Shown piece by piece: positions 44,675 to 58,624 of a stretch of 64,000 nt of DNA (the first letter of the stretch is position 1; every line of letters starts with the position of its first letter). The stretch covers positions 2,294,001 through 2,358,000 of the forward strand of contig CM039003.1 in the NCBI GenBank assembly GCA_017499595.2, given 5' to 3'. This stretch comes from Psilocybe cubensis. Lineage: Eukaryota. The notes under the pieces are model-generated. The model had not been told where the DNA came from and made no database searches. It was given only the letters and a program-made list of their open reading frames with translations. The position numbers and the translations under genes are program-made.

Positions 44675-44972
44675 GTGTAGTTAGGATGTTGCTGAGGGAG
44701 AAACAGGCGAACAAGGCATGTTTATTTGCTTTCTAAGGAAGAATCATCATAACCGTCACCGAAGGCCCACCGTATTGCATACCGCTTCGCTAAAACCGGT
44801 CAATGACTAAGCATAATTATCATTCCTTGGCATGTGATCTTCGCGCGATGATTGGTCTATCCTGATTGACTTGCCAGACGAATGGCTCGCGATAAAAGAT
44901 TTGAGGCTAAGAACTGTGAGATAGCGTCTGCTTGCTTGCCTCTCTATTCCACTCTTCAGTGTGTGTTGGATC

Positions 44973-47069
44973 ATGAGAACACCTAGATTGACGCTGTTTG
45001 GGCGCTCAGTTTTGTTGGTTACTTGCGAGTAAGCATGTCTCTTAGTTGATTTGGAGGGGTATCAAATCAAATCAAAGCCCCTGATCTACCCACTATCTCA
45101 GAATCGCGGCCAATGCCATCTGTTGGATCGTAGCAGCCATATTGTTTAGGAAACATAACGAGAGTCATTCGATTTTAGGTTTAGCCTTATTGGCGTGGGT
45201 GAGGTCTAACTTTTTGTGTTGCAAGTTTCCAATTCCTTACTATACTGTGACCTCCAACAGACCCTGGGATTAAGGCATGGTAGGAGAAATCAGTTCATTG
45301 ACTGCTGATGACTAGAATGTAATCTATAATATCTACCGCAGCGTTAGATGCTGATCATATCAGGTAATTTATGATCGTCTATCTGTTTATGTGTGAGTCT
45401 CGCCATTTTTATAGGCTCACAGTACTCAAAAAAAGGAATTACAAGGCATACCTTTACTGCTTACGATAAAGTGCAATCGATAATGCTACAAGAGGGCTGA
45501 TAAACATTGGGCAACTTTCAGTGACTTGTGGATTGTTTTTCTCCCTTGGACATAGTACCATCGTTATCATTGTGGTAAGGATTTACTTACGATAAAATGC
45601 GAGTAATAGCACAGCTGATCTGTATGATACCAGAATATTGCCATCGCTATCTCTGCTGATGTTTACAACAGAATAAACGGTGTTGGAGAGGTCGGAGGAA
45701 TTGTCGGTAAGTCCCTTTGATGCATTGTCGAGGCATTAAGATATCACATCAAAAATTTAGGCGCGGCTGTATCCGGCTCATTCCTGTTTATTGTCGGTCT
45801 TGCTAATACAGTGATACTATGGAGAATCATCAGGCGCCGGAAGCAGGTACGCTGTTACGTTGTTTTTAGCTGTTCTTCAAAGCATAAGCTTATGTCTTTA
45901 ATCTCAGCAAAAGATTCTCGAGAAACGAAGGCAGAATGGAGAAGAAGTTGAAGACATTAACCACAATCCTAAACACGATCATATGCTTATGATGCGTATC
46001 CTGGGACCTATAATCACATTTGTCAACCGGCCGTGGAAGGTATGCAAAGGTTGATCAAATTGTCAAAGCCATGATCTTATCAGATTTTTTCTACAGATGT
46101 ACCCCGTTGGAGTGCTTTTCGGATTCGGTAAGATTGTAGAAAAGCAATGTCATGCATACTAATTCAACAAACATCATCAGGATTTGATACGGCTTCTTCA
46201 ATCGCTCTAATCGCAGTGTCCGCACTCGCAAAAAAAAGATCTGATGGGTCCTCTATACCAAGCGGACAAATTATTATACTTCCTGTAAGGATGAAACTTT
46301 TGTGTCAACTTTCAATGATGACTGATGATAAGCAATGTGATACAGCTTCTCTTTACAGCAGGAATGACTCTGGTCGACTCAGTCGACTCTATCCTGATGC
46401 TCTATTCGTACACGGGATTCCCTGAGCGCACCTTACTCATCTTCGCGCCAACTTCAAAGGAAAATTCCACTGAGGCCACTCTTCAAAGTGAAAAAACCGA
46501 TGCAATCAAGGAGAAATCGGCCGAGATAGTGCAACAGGCTGAAGAAAAAACATCGACGGATAATAATAGCCGTCCTTCTGTTGAGCTGGAGACCGACAGC
46601 ACCGTAGAGCGGGATACACGTGTAAAGATGAATGTGATGTCTGGGCTTAGTATCATTCTCACCCTCATGAGCATTCTAGTGGCATTCAGGTAAGCGCCCA
46701 CTGGCAAGGCATCACAATGACATATTAAGGTTAACCATCCCCGCATGCTTATAGTATCTCATTGATAACTATTATGAGCCTTATTGGAGAGCAGTGTGGT
46801 GCCTGTGTTTCTGCCGCAGAGGCGGATGATGGTCATGGAGGCGGCCTCGCAGGACGTTGGTGGAGGGGATGGGCGCAGGTAAAATGTCCTCTAACATGTC
46901 CAAGAGCATTGACGTCAATTCGACCCCGTGATAGGCAAGTGAACAGTCAGGGTACATCGGAATCGCTATCGTCGGCGCTTTCCTTGTAATTGTTGTGGGT
47001 TGGTATTCCACTCGTTGGGTGGCGCGGAAATTCAAAAGTGAGGCGTTGCCTCCGAGCTTGCATGCCTAG
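44973..47069 (+). CDS. high-affinity nickel/cobalt transporter (NiCoT, Nic1-like)
   Basis: LGLRHALDADHISAID (HX4DH signature), FFSLGHST, MYPVGVLFGFGFDTAS, LFTAGMTLVDS. Confidence 0.93.
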
Positions 47070-47428
47070 ATTCTCTCTCGGAACAATCGAAAATTAAATC
47101 GAGAATACAATTCAAAGGGACCGTTATACAACTCTCATTTGGAATGCGCGATGTTAAAATATACACCAGTTTGGAGTAATGGAAAAATTGGATAAAAAGT
47201 CTTTCTCAAGCGCCATGGATACTTGAGAGAAGCTGAAAATTATAAAGAACGAAGATAAATGCGATTCCATCCGAGGCCGGATTCCATTGGAAATTACTTC
47301 GGAGTTGAGCTGGGATACAACTGACGCATAGATAGAGTTTGAGCGTTAGTGGTGGAAGCCAAACAATTAAATAACTCACTGATGATATGACGGGTAAAGT
47401 GGACCCAGTTCTTTAATGGACTTGAAAT

Positions 47429-47536
47429 TTAAGCCACGATACAGAACGAGTTTCCGGCACCACCAGTTCTCTCGCCGTCAGAGGGGGTAGAAACGACGAC
47501 GTCACCGGAGCAATTGAAGTTGGTGAAGGAATCCAT
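47429..47536 (-). CDS. lipopeptide pheromone(-like) precursor B, 35 aa
   Basis: MDSFTNFNCSGDVVVSTPSDGERTGGAGNSFCIVA*: ER plus CaaX; TATA at 47616-47624. Confidence 0.92.
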   Translation of the reverse strand: MDSFTNFNCSGDVVVSTPSDGERTGGAGNSFCIVA

Positions 47537-48772
47537 TGAAGTTGTTGGGTGTAGAAGGTTGCCTATATGTTGTAATAGTGCTGCCTGGATCCCAACACAT
47601 AGTATCTAGAGGGTATTTTATATACCTGAGGACAATAGCTGATGGAAAGATCCTTTACACGTCCATAAAACCTTTCCAGTCGCGCCCGCTACAATACTCA
47701 CACTAAAAGGCCATCGCAGAATGGTTCGTTGAAGCGTTTTGATTGTTTAACCATCGACCTCACTAGTACCATATGGCCATAAACCGTTCCAGGCCGAATT
47801 ACAAATCTTGTTTACCAGCCCAACAGGGCACAGCAAAGTTGAAGTTTTTATGGTATAAATTACATACAATAAAGAGGAAAGTTGTTAATTTAATTTTTAA
47901 ACACGTGCAATTCTGGCGGAATGGAGAGCGTATTATTCAATAATTGTTGTTAGGTACCTTGGATCGCTTTTGCATGGAGCTGTTGGACCTACAATGACCT
48001 AATTTGGAAGTTCTTGTGTCTCCGTACCATGGTGTGTGAACTTAATAAAGACGTCCTTGATCTGTCAAAGGTTGACAAATTCATATGATCATGGTCGGAT
48101 CACAGCCACAATAAGACCTAGGATCAAACTTCAGAACAGCCCCTCAACTTACCTCCCATGGGCAGGTATTGTTCAGGTACATAATTTCTTAACTGTAATC
48201 TCGGCGAAGCCGTCTTTTCGAATCAGGAATTTCGTATCTAAAGCTTTGAATTAAGTTTTGATGGCTCAAGTGCTTTTGTAATACAGAACCCGGGCTTTGC
48301 TGCGTAGGTACGCTTGATTGATAACTGTATACACTGATCCTGGGATTTTGAACTTGAATGCAAGGTTCTGCATCACAGCTTCCTTGAACATGCTTAGATC
48401 TGCTTTGATTAAGTTCCAAGTATTCGGATTCAAATAAATTTAATGAACAACCGAATGTAAGGTATTTCTAAATAACTACCAAAGTGGAACAAGGTAAATT
48501 CAAAAATAAGACCAATCTGGAGTAAAGAAAGGATCTGATTAAAAACTTTCCTCAAGCGCCATGGATACTTGAGAGAAGCTGAATAACATATAGAACGAAG
48601 ATAATTGCGATTTGGGTCCGGGCCATTAAATATAGGCAATTTAAGGTGAATCGGAATGGCTTTAATACAAGTATAGTTTGAGTTTGGTGCAACTAAATAA
48701 GACAACTAAATAACTCACGATGATATGATGGGTAAAATGAACCGAGGTATGTCATTGTGAATGGCATACAAT

Positions 48773-48880
48773 TCAAGCTACGACGCAGTATGCGTTTCCG
48801 GCGGTCCCATTTCTTTCGCCGTCGGAAGGGGTAGAGACGACGACATCGCCGGAGAAGTTAAGGTTGGTGAAGGAATCCAT
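48773..48880 (-). CDS. lipopeptide pheromone(-like) precursor C, 35 aa
   Basis: MDSFTNLNFSGDVVVSTPSDGERNGTAGNAYCVVA*: ER plus CaaX; TATA at about 48956-48962. Confidence 0.92.
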   Translation of the reverse strand: MDSFTNLNFSGDVVVSTPSDGERNGTAGNAYCVVA

Positions 48881-49491
48881 TGAATTTGTGGTGTGAGAGA
48901 GGTTGGATCAGGTCGATAACAATGCTACCTGCACACGCTTGGTTACTGGGGGTTATTTTATACCTTGAGCACAATAGCTCGATGGAAGATCCTTTACAGG
49001 GCCACTCACTATCGGGGCTCGGTCTGTCGAGGTCTGCTTGGTAATCTCGTTAACAACGATACCAACAAAAACCATACCGATACTTACAACGATGTACACA
49101 AAAGGCCGACTGAGAAATGGTTCGCAGGATGGAGCGCCTTGATTGTGTACCCTCGACCTCGCCAGAAAACAATTATCATACAACATTCCCTCCGCGCAAA
49201 TCAGTCCAACGGGCCACTGCAAAACTGAACTTTTTGTATTTAACATGAAGCCTTGGTCAGAGCTCTTGGACCTCAGACCATGACCTATTTTAGAAGTTAT
49301 GACATATAAGGTGTTCCGTGCCATGAGAAAATGCAGACGGCGTATTAGGCGTATGTGTAATGCTGCGGCTGCGGTGTTGTGAATAATTATATCTTATCAG
49401 ATAACAACGTGACTGGGAAAGAATATCATCAACAGAAATGATAAGGAATTATGAGAATCACACACAGTAAACTTCGCCCTTGCTTCCCACC

Positions 49492-50265
49492 ATGCCTGTC
49501 GTGGAATTTGTGTGGTGGAATGGGACGGAGGAATTCCTTGGAAATCTGGATGCTTTATTCAAGCCCACCATAAACCATGTTTCAAAGGCTGATGGATGCC
49601 TTCGGTGAGTTGCCTACAATTCCTATATTAGGAGAAGCATGCCCCAAATTGAAACGATTCTGTTTGGAGGATCCTTTTTGGCGTTCAAGAAAACAAAAGC
49701 ATTTTTTGGATGATTGTCGGTACTGCACAATTAGGATTTCTCGGCCATTTAGAAGACCTGCTGACGTGAGCCTAGTTTGGCAGAGTCATGAACACCATCA
49801 AGCGATGATGGATCGTCCAGATTATCCACAAATGGTTGCCCGATTAACGCCCTACCTCAACGGGGAATTAAAGATGAATCACGTCGAATTCAATTCTGAT
49901 ACAGACATTGCGTTCAATTCGCCTAGAACTGGGATTTTGTTTTTGTCGTTGAAGGAAGGTAGCGCGAGTAATGAAATGGAGCGCGCATTGGAACTTTGGG
50001 TGGACACAACTGCCTCGAGTAAAAATGCCAGTCCACCGATTACATGGGGCCCGACGCACGAAGACCCAAACAAATGGATGGTGCTTATTGGGTGGGGTGA
50101 TAATTATGTAAGTTGTAGTTGTTTCTGATCTCTTGTGTAGAGCAATTCTGATCACCTTTGGCCCTTCAGACTGGGGGGGACCTTGCGATTAGTGACAAAT
50201 TAAGGGATTTACATTCCTTTGCGGATATAGAAGTACTGCACCTGAAATTACGAGGTCCAGAATAA
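49492..50265 (+). CDS. dimeric alpha-beta barrel (Dabb/ABM-like) protein, copy 1
   Basis: MPVVEFVWW...GCL, VWQSHEHHQAMMDRPDYP, MNHVEF, SPRT, WG...LIGW; same intron positions as copies 2 and 3. Confidence 0.75.
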
Positions 50266-50792
50266 AGAGAAACTTCAAGTTTATTCTGGATAAATCGTTC
50301 GCGATTTAATTGGTGTCGAGGTGTGCTTTGGGTGTGCTCAACTAGAAAATAATTGGTGACCAGGGAAAAGTGAAGCAGGCCGTCACGCCGATTCAAGACT
50401 GTATTCCCACGGTTTCCCAACACAATTAGTCGAAGACTCGACACTCTGGTTGCACTCTGGAAGTGAAGTCAACAAGATGACCTGAAATTTCTGAGTTGAC
50501 CTATGGTCCTGGACTGTTTTGGACACAATCCTTTTTCACCAATTGCCAGTCTTAATCAAGTTGACTGTAGTTCATAGGTGTCTCTTATGACAGTGTCTGA
50601 TGTTCAATTGCTACTAACTAACCGGCCGCTAGCCTTTGTAGGCACCTATGTTCACTATCTGTCATCGGGTTTGGATGCCACGCAAAACTCATTCTGTTTA
50701 TGTGAGTATATTACTTTTATTAGTAGTATTAAAGTACATTAAAACCTAAAGATTTTCTAAAAGTCTAGATTGGAGGGGGAAATATGTCTATA

Positions 50793-52099
50793 TCACTCTT
50801 TGTGGATTTCCAGTCCCGCTGGAGCACCAAGCGCTGTACGGATATTGGATCATCAATAAATGAAGTCTGGATCATAGCGGCTCGATGGAAATGTTACGCA
50901 CCATCTTTAATAGCACCATACATCAGGAATTGCGACGATACAAGACCAGCAGTCATGATCATCCTAGGGCCAAGGCCCGCAAACAATCCTTTGAAGCCTG
51001 CTTCTCGTGCAAGGACCGTTAGCCGATGAGCCATAGACCCAGTTGGACCATGTCCCTTATTAATTTGCGATAGAAGAGTATCGGCAGGCTAAAGGATTTG
51101 TTAGGGGCATACTTGTGTAGGAAATAAGACGATGCACGTACGTGACTGAGGATTGCAGCTGCAAAGCCGGCAATAATCCCGCTTCCAAGAGAGATACCGA
51201 ATCGCAAGGTACTCGACTCTGCTATCCTACGCTTTTGGTCTTCCGTTGTACTTCGCAGCACAAGTTCGTGGCAAAATTCATTTACTGTGAATTGACCAAC
51301 AGCGTACGGTATTTGTCTAGTGATCGGGTCAACACATGTTGGATAGTATCAGGGTTGGATTCGAATTGAGACTCACTTGCAGAGGATGGGCAAGAACCCT
51401 GCATATAGCTCACGTATACCTCCTTCTCTGGCTATCCGCGTGAAGCCGGAAACAAGGCCTGTTGCAAACCCCCTCTCAGAAACTAGTCGGATTCGAGTCG
51501 CTTCTAGTGGAGTTAACAGGATATCTGCAAAAAACCTTCACTCAGCTGAATAAGTGATTCGATTTCATCAGGTTTGAAACCGCAAAGCTCACTCCGCAAC
51601 TACAGCCGCTCCTAAATATATCGCAGTACGGTTTGCGACGGCGTTCTCCTGACTTCCGGCAACTTGCACAAATGTCTTCTTCCAGTATTCGTACCCCGCG
51701 AATTTGGCACCTCCTTGGGCAAGGTATCCAACAGCTGTAGGACCAAATCCTGTGAGAAAACCACGAGGTCCCTCTGCTGCTAGGAGCTTCCGTGAACCAG
51801 AAACGAAGGAGTGCCCTTTGAACGTCGGGTCTATTTGAATACGCGTTTTAACGACATCAATGGCTACGAATGTGATTGAGTAAATGCTTTAAGCTACTAT
51901 AGGATGTACACATACGAGTCATAGCTCCATGGCTTATTCTGAAATGCAAATTGAAGTGGTGAGGTAGAAAATCCAACAAATCTTGAATGATGACGTACGT
52001 GCAACATAGTGCTCCTGCTAGGAAGAACGAGGTATAATCCTTGCCTGTAAATTGAGGAACGAAGAATGGGTGGGGGGTCGATATCTTGGAATCTGCCAT
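50793..52099 (-). CDS. mitochondrial phosphate carrier (SLC25, Mir1/Pic2 family)
   Basis: [73 protein letters not shown]. Confidence 0.92.
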
Positions 52100-52640
52100 T
52101 GGAGAATAGGTACTTGGGGTATGATGAGGGAATACATGGTTCGAATGCTCTCCTTTTCAGCAAATCCAAGAAAAGACGTGCATGGCGTTTGACCGTTTGA
52201 CGTCACTCTTCAATTGCCCTCCCGCGTTCTCGTCGGTCCGGTAAACATCGGCCCTGAGGCCTCAGTGCATTTCCCACCGACCTTTGTGTAAGGCCACTTG
52301 ACAAACGTCGTCAAAGTTAAAGCGAGCACTGACGGGCGCATAGCGAGCTGCAATGCCTTTCAATTGATTCAGTCTAGTCGGGCATAAATGGTGTCTACGA
52401 CCGAATTTTTGCCCCGGAACGCTTGTTCCGTACCTTGTCCGTACCGCGTTTTTGCAGAATCTTGTACTACATTAACAAATGGTTTTAGACTATAACGGAA
52501 GACAAAATCGTGAGCTTATTAACAACATGAGGGTATCCTTATCACTTGTGTTACACAAAATCAAAACAATCCGATGGTAATACACGCACTCAAACAAATC
52601 GATTCATATCCATTCCCCGCTTCCTTGCACTATGCAGACT

Positions 52641-55330
52641 TCAGAAATCATCCTCCTCATCATCGTCTCCGTGCCAATCAACGCTCTCCAGAAGCTCATC
52701 GCCTTCACTGTACAATTTATCCAACCCGGTTAGCGTTTCTAAATATTTCGCATCGTTAAAGGCTTCCAAAAGCATGGAAAAACCGCGTGTTTCGTATGCC
52801 TTCAAAACCTGGTAGAAATCGACCTATGAGATACATTTAGTGATAAAGCAATGAATCTTACCGTTTCACTACACCCCGTACACCTATCATACGCAGCACC
52901 GACAAGGGGCATCGTTTTAAATTGACCCAAGAAGCCACGCAATTGATGAGGCACTACGCCCAGCACGCCGTTCAATCCCTCGTCAGGTTCAGAATTCGAC
53001 GAATTGTTGGTATTTGGGGGCGGTGCTGGGGCGAAAAGTCTATACACAGTCATAATGCATTTCAGTCGACCTTGGGTTGAGATAATGAAGGGTACCTATC
53101 GGGATGCTGAAGAAGAGAGGCAAGCAACTCCACGGCCGTTGCTGCTGCAATGGGTGCCAAACCTGGTCTAGTTACAGTGCACATTTGGTCAAGGGTCCGG
53201 TCGGTAAGGGACTATAAAAATATCATTCGTCAAATCATCAAAAAGGTGCACAGGAAGGCGTTACTGACATCAGCAGGGGCGACGATGTCGTTGCAATAGT
53301 AGCACCCCAATTTCTGGTGGGGTTTCCCGTCCTTGCCTATGGATAGCGAAGAAGCGCGAGCGCCATGCCGCATGACAAGGTAAGAGTCAAACCCCAGAGC
53401 AGCATTCAGCACTATCTACATGGAATTTTAAGATCAACTCATTTTAACTAATAGATATTTATTGTAAAGAAACGGCGTACCTTCCCTTTCGACGCCGAGA
53501 TCACAGTAGGAAGCCATCTGCTTTCTCTGGAGTCCATGAGAAGAAAGACGGCGTCGTGGTCATCGATCAACTTTTCCATTTTTGCGACATCTGCTATAGC
53601 CTGCGCCATAGATGCAGCATTTGATGAAATAGGGTGTCCTGGCATAGGTATAGAAATGGTGTGGCCGGTGGCATTCTGCAATTAAACAAGATCTGAACTG
53701 AAGTGCTTGATGATTATTGAAAGATATCCCTTACAATTCCAGGAAATATCCTTTTCAATGCTTCGGCTGCAGCTTCTGCCTTGGGCTTTCCTCCCTCCAA
53801 GCAGTCTGAAAACTCGAACAACGGTTGTCGGACTGGATTTGAAAACGACACCTTTCCTGAATCAACAAATGTAATAGTGCGTACACCCCAACCCTTTGAA
53901 GAATTAGCCTACAAGAATCTGAGCTTTGTAAATGGAATACCATTAATGCCCTTGCTACATAACATCCGAGTGTGCCAGCCCCCAAAAGCAAGCATCGAGT
54001 TGACGAGATTTTATCTAGGTCAAGAGAAGGCAAAATGCGCCATCGCATGAGTTTTAAATTCAAGTCAACAGCTTGAGAAGCCAGCCTTGGAATAATGAAA
54101 TGTGATCAACACCTAAGGATAGACAGTAAAGTAGTACGTAGATACCTTGATGGGTCCATCATGGGTGCCAAATCGGCTACACGAGGTCCAAGTTTCCCTT
54201 GGGGATTCTTCTCCCAACCCACGGCAGACGGTCGAAGAGTAGTTTCTGTTGCAGCCTTTGACTCGGCGCCTTCGACGGTAAGAAGTCCAATTTGACTTTT
54301 CCAGGTTGAATTGGGAGATGGGATTTCGGTATCACGCCAGCGCAATATACGAATCGTCGACGTAGCCTCGGGATACAAAGCACGCAAGTACGCAAGAAGG
54401 TTTCTTAGAGGCCATCCAGGATTGTGTGGATCTGAAGAGGGATCAACGAAACCAATTGTGCGCTGTTGAAGATACCATAAGATAATTTATTTGATAAATC
54501 CAACAAGATTACCTCTTGATGAGGGGTGGATGCGTAAAATTGTTCATATTCCTCTACTGGTGAAACCACGATGTTGCCTTCATTTTGCTTCAAGAGAAAG
54601 TATGGCAGTGGGTTATTGTGCGATCTTAATTGCGAATGAATGGAAGAGAGCTAACACCGAGTCGTTAGCATGCAAATTAGAAAAAGAAAAAAGGCTTGTT
54701 ACTCACAGTGTCTCCACCGATCTCTTCCTCGGCGTTCTTCCACCCATCTTCGTGTATCTCCCATGCTGGTTTGGAGACGAAAGCTGGGAACGCGAACCAA
54801 TAATAATACTTGTATTTCTTGAGATCAGCGAACGTAATGACAAAGAATCTGTTAAGTTGGCTTGTATCACGCGTCTTTAGGATATGATCCCAGATCTAAA
54901 ATAGAGACAAGGTAAGGCGGGAAAGCTAATGGATGCAAATCCTTACCAGCTGGGCTTCTTGGTTGAACAGTGCTGTTTTATCGGCTGCTTTGAACTCCTC
55001 GATGGTATTATAGTTCTTGAGAGTACCATGGGCAGACACCGAACCGTGTGGAGGTCTAGAGGTCGTACGTGAGGATTATACAACTACATCCAATTTCGTA
55101 ACTCACTTGAAATGGGTATCAAAAGACTCTGTTCCAACTGTTAGATTGCATGGCAGGGTGATCTCTTGTCCAGTTTCTCTATCAATCACTGTCCTTCCAA
55201 TAGAATAAGATCCGGTTATAGGTACGGCAACGTCAGAAAGCTTCAAAACATCGATCTTGAGATCTGATAGCTTGTGCCACAAAGACGGCTGCACAAGGGA
55301 TGAAAATGGCGCAAATTGTAGGATTGGCAT
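52641..55330 (-). CDS. ATG7: ubiquitin-like modifier-activating enzyme ATG7
   Basis: [94 protein letters not shown]. Confidence 0.97.
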
Positions 55331-56157
55331 TATGAACAATTAATTTCGTTAAGCTGTTAAAGCAAAAGCTATTAACATGAGGCTCTTCAGGAAATATGAC
55401 TGAAAGGCTCACCAAATAGACTTCGCGATACTATGATCTAGATATCAACAGTTTGGTTCAGTGGTGTAGGATGAATGCCAAGTTTCGTTCAGAGGAAAAA
55501 CAATTCGTGATATATGAAAGTTGTGGGATATGCAAAAGAGCTCAAATGGTAGGTATCTGTGTTGTTGCTATGGCGTGTATCAGAGCAAAACAGGGTGAAA
55601 GGAGAGGGAACTTTGTATGAACTAGCATGAGTCTGGACTCGTACTATGCTGCTCGGCATCTGATCTTATCTAATCTGGCCAGTCGCAATGTCAACAAAGC
55701 AACACTTGGCGTCGCTTTACGTTTTTAAACTCCTTGGCTTTTGACTGCAAATTAAACTTTACACATGTTCCTCTGTTGCGTTCATAGCACCCCAAAACGA
55801 GCTCAAAGTCGATAATTGGATTCATAGACAAGTTGACTGTCTGACGTGACGGTGGATATACAGTTGCAGCGTAATGGGAACCCACCTTTTTTAGTCCATG
55901 GTCGATCCCCGTGTCTGTAAATACGATGCTGACTGAAACTCCAAGAAACCCGACATCCAAACAGGGAGGATTATTTGGAGATTACTCTTTCTTGCCGTTC
56001 CACGCTCTAATGCTCTAGAACCTGATGGTCAAGTTCCCATATTGCTTGCGCGGTATGTACTTAAATCAAATTTGCTCATGCTTTCCCTTCTCACATACAC
56101 TGCACTAGCCTTTCTTCCAGATCCTCGTATTGTTGAAGGAAATCGATTCGATTTGGC

Positions 56158-56900
56158 ACGCCCATTGTTGAAATAGTTTCATGGTCGAATTCAAACGTGT
56201 ATACTGCATATCCTGCCGTATTTAACCTGGCCTTCAGAATTTCTCGCCAACGGGAATGAAAGCCCTATATACGCACGTTTTTTAAAAGGATGATACACTG
56301 TTATACCTGGTTTATATGGACGGAGTGCATTCCGGTCTGGCTGAAGAAGATAAAAAGGACAAGTTTCACAGGTTAGTACTGGAAACCATATGGCAAAATA
56401 ATGTATATGGGCGCTCACGACATGCGCACACAGTTTGGGAAACAATGGGACACCATCTAGCCCTCCTGAATCATCCTGAATACCCTCTGATTTTTTGGCT
56501 TGGCTTTTTTTCGGAGACGATGGTTTGCATATGAACCATGTCCACTTTTTGCAGGACCATACGTCCACCTTCACTACAGGCATCACGAAAGAAGAATTGA
56601 TGAATGCATTCAGTCCCAAACAGTCCCCCTGGCCTGGGATCCAACTTCGGAAGACGTTGATAAGTTTGTTTCTTAGCAATTGGATGGGACACTCGCAGCT
56701 CTCAGGTAAGAATTCCCCAATTTATAACATGCTTGCCTACAAACACATCGACCTTTAGGTTCGTCGAAAGATCAGGGACCAACCCTCATCTCATCCTTTT
56801 CTTTCAGATTTACGTAGGGCGGCCGTGCTCAAAATATTTTATGTCAATTTTTCCAGACACCTTTGAAGGACAGGAATGTTTTTGTTACTCCTGTATCAGT
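56158..56900 (+). pseudogene. degenerate Dabb-family copy
   Basis: ACG CCC ATT GTT GAA ATA corresponds to MPIVEI with the start mutated to ACG. SGLAEED, VWETMGHH..HPEYP and MNHVHF fall in different frames with stops. The end coordinate is approximate. Confidence 0.7.
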
Positions 56901-57267
56901 AACTGTACCAAACACTATATCGGACCAACGTTCACCCGGAACACATTTCGCAAACATCAATTCGTACAGTCAATTTCAACTCTGACTAGGACATTTCAAA
57001 TGTTCTAACACTGAAGTCGTGCTTGCAAGGCTCGACAGAAATCAGGTCTAAACTTCTTCGTCACTCGCCCCAACATCTTAAGACGGCAATGCGGAACACG
57101 ACCGTTGATGACGAAACCTTGTCTCATGTAGGTTAAACATGTCCCTCGAGTCTCTGAAACATACCCCACAGCGATGGCCCGTATAAGAGGTGATCGTCTA
57201 CCAACGACTCTTTTGCATCCTCCCGTACACCTCATCTCCAAACGAGCTTATTTACCGTGTCATCAAA

Positions 57268-58066
57268 ATGCCTATTGTCGAAATTGCTCACTGGGCCGCT
57301 GTGAAGAATGTCAAGGAAAATGGTTGCAAGTTGTTGAAGCCAGCTTTGGAAACCTTGAAGAAACAAAAAGGTTGTCTTGGGTGCGTTTCTCCCTGTGCCA
57401 CCGCGGGCTTATTTCGTATCTTATATGTGTTTGGTGATAGGGTTCGCTACGGTTTTGTCGAAGAGCATCATAAACTTTTTGTTTATCTCTTTGTTGGTCA
57501 GTTCGCTCAACCTATTACTATGACCTACGTATCCTGATCATCGATATGGGGTGCTTCTAGTATGGGATAAATACGAGGACCATGCAGCTTTTATGAAGCA
57601 ACCTGATTACCCAGGTGTCCTTGGCATCGAGCAATGCATTAGCGAAGGCGGAATCGACGTGAACCATGTCGAATTTACTGGAGACTTTAACAAAGCTCTG
57701 AATGCACCTGTCATGGAAGTATCCGTTATCAACACGAAGAAAGGCACGGTTAAAGAACTAGTCATTGGATACATCGACACACTCGCGGCCAAGGTTGCGG
57801 CCAAAAATGTCAAATACGAGCCGACCTGGGGAACTGCGAGGGAAAACGACAATAGGTTTTATGTTCTCATTGGATGGGACAGCGTAGACGTTCGTGTTTC
57901 CTCCCTCTTTACTCTTTATTTACGTCTTCTCACTTCGGTATACCAATCCCAGGCTCACAAACACGCGATCAATGATCCCAATTATTTCCATCCATTCGAT
58001 GACGATTTGAAGGCTGCAGCATCTCTCAAAACCTTCCACATCCATTTAGAGAAGGAAAAGACCTGA
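57268..58066 (+). CDS. Dabb/ABM-like protein, copy 2
   Basis: MPIVEIAHW...KGCL, YGFVEE, WDKYEDHAAFMKQPDYP, ALNAPVMEV, WG...LIGWDSV.AH. Confidence 0.8.
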
Positions 58067-58624
58067 TTCATAGCATTTGACGAGGTTTGGTCAAATTTTA
58101 TGTATAAATAACTTGCGATGTATCTAAGCCTCACATCCAATATTGACCCTCATTTATGCATAACACAACCGTGAGCCAGGCAATCGACTTTCTACTCATG
58201 TTCCGACGCGTTCTTTTTCTATTGCGGTCATGTTCACGTATTTTGTGGATTTTGGTAGATGAACAATTAGTAAGTGAGTGAGACGTGTGTAAAATCTTGT
58301 TACGAAGGACGCGCCGGCGCAGTTTTTACATATTACAGTATGTCAAACTTTTCTCTTGTCGAAGTTATCTTAATAATACAACGATGCGAACGAAATTCAG
58401 GGTGCTTCGGTCGATTTCCTGTTTAGGATATCGAGCGGAGAAGGCAATTCTCCGAAGTGTTATCAATATATGTCATCGTTGACTATATAAACACTTGGAT
58501 TTCTCCACAAACTACTGGCTATCCTCAATTCTACACCTGTGAGTACCTAACGGCCCTCAAACCTTCTCTCTCGTTGATGTGATCATACAGATCAGTTACA
58601 GTTGTATAGTGATCACATTCCAGT

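Noticed and set aside
45363-45471. Possible stwintron (intron nested in a donor) in the NiCoT gene
   Set aside because: Two-step removal would break the reading frame of SAID.
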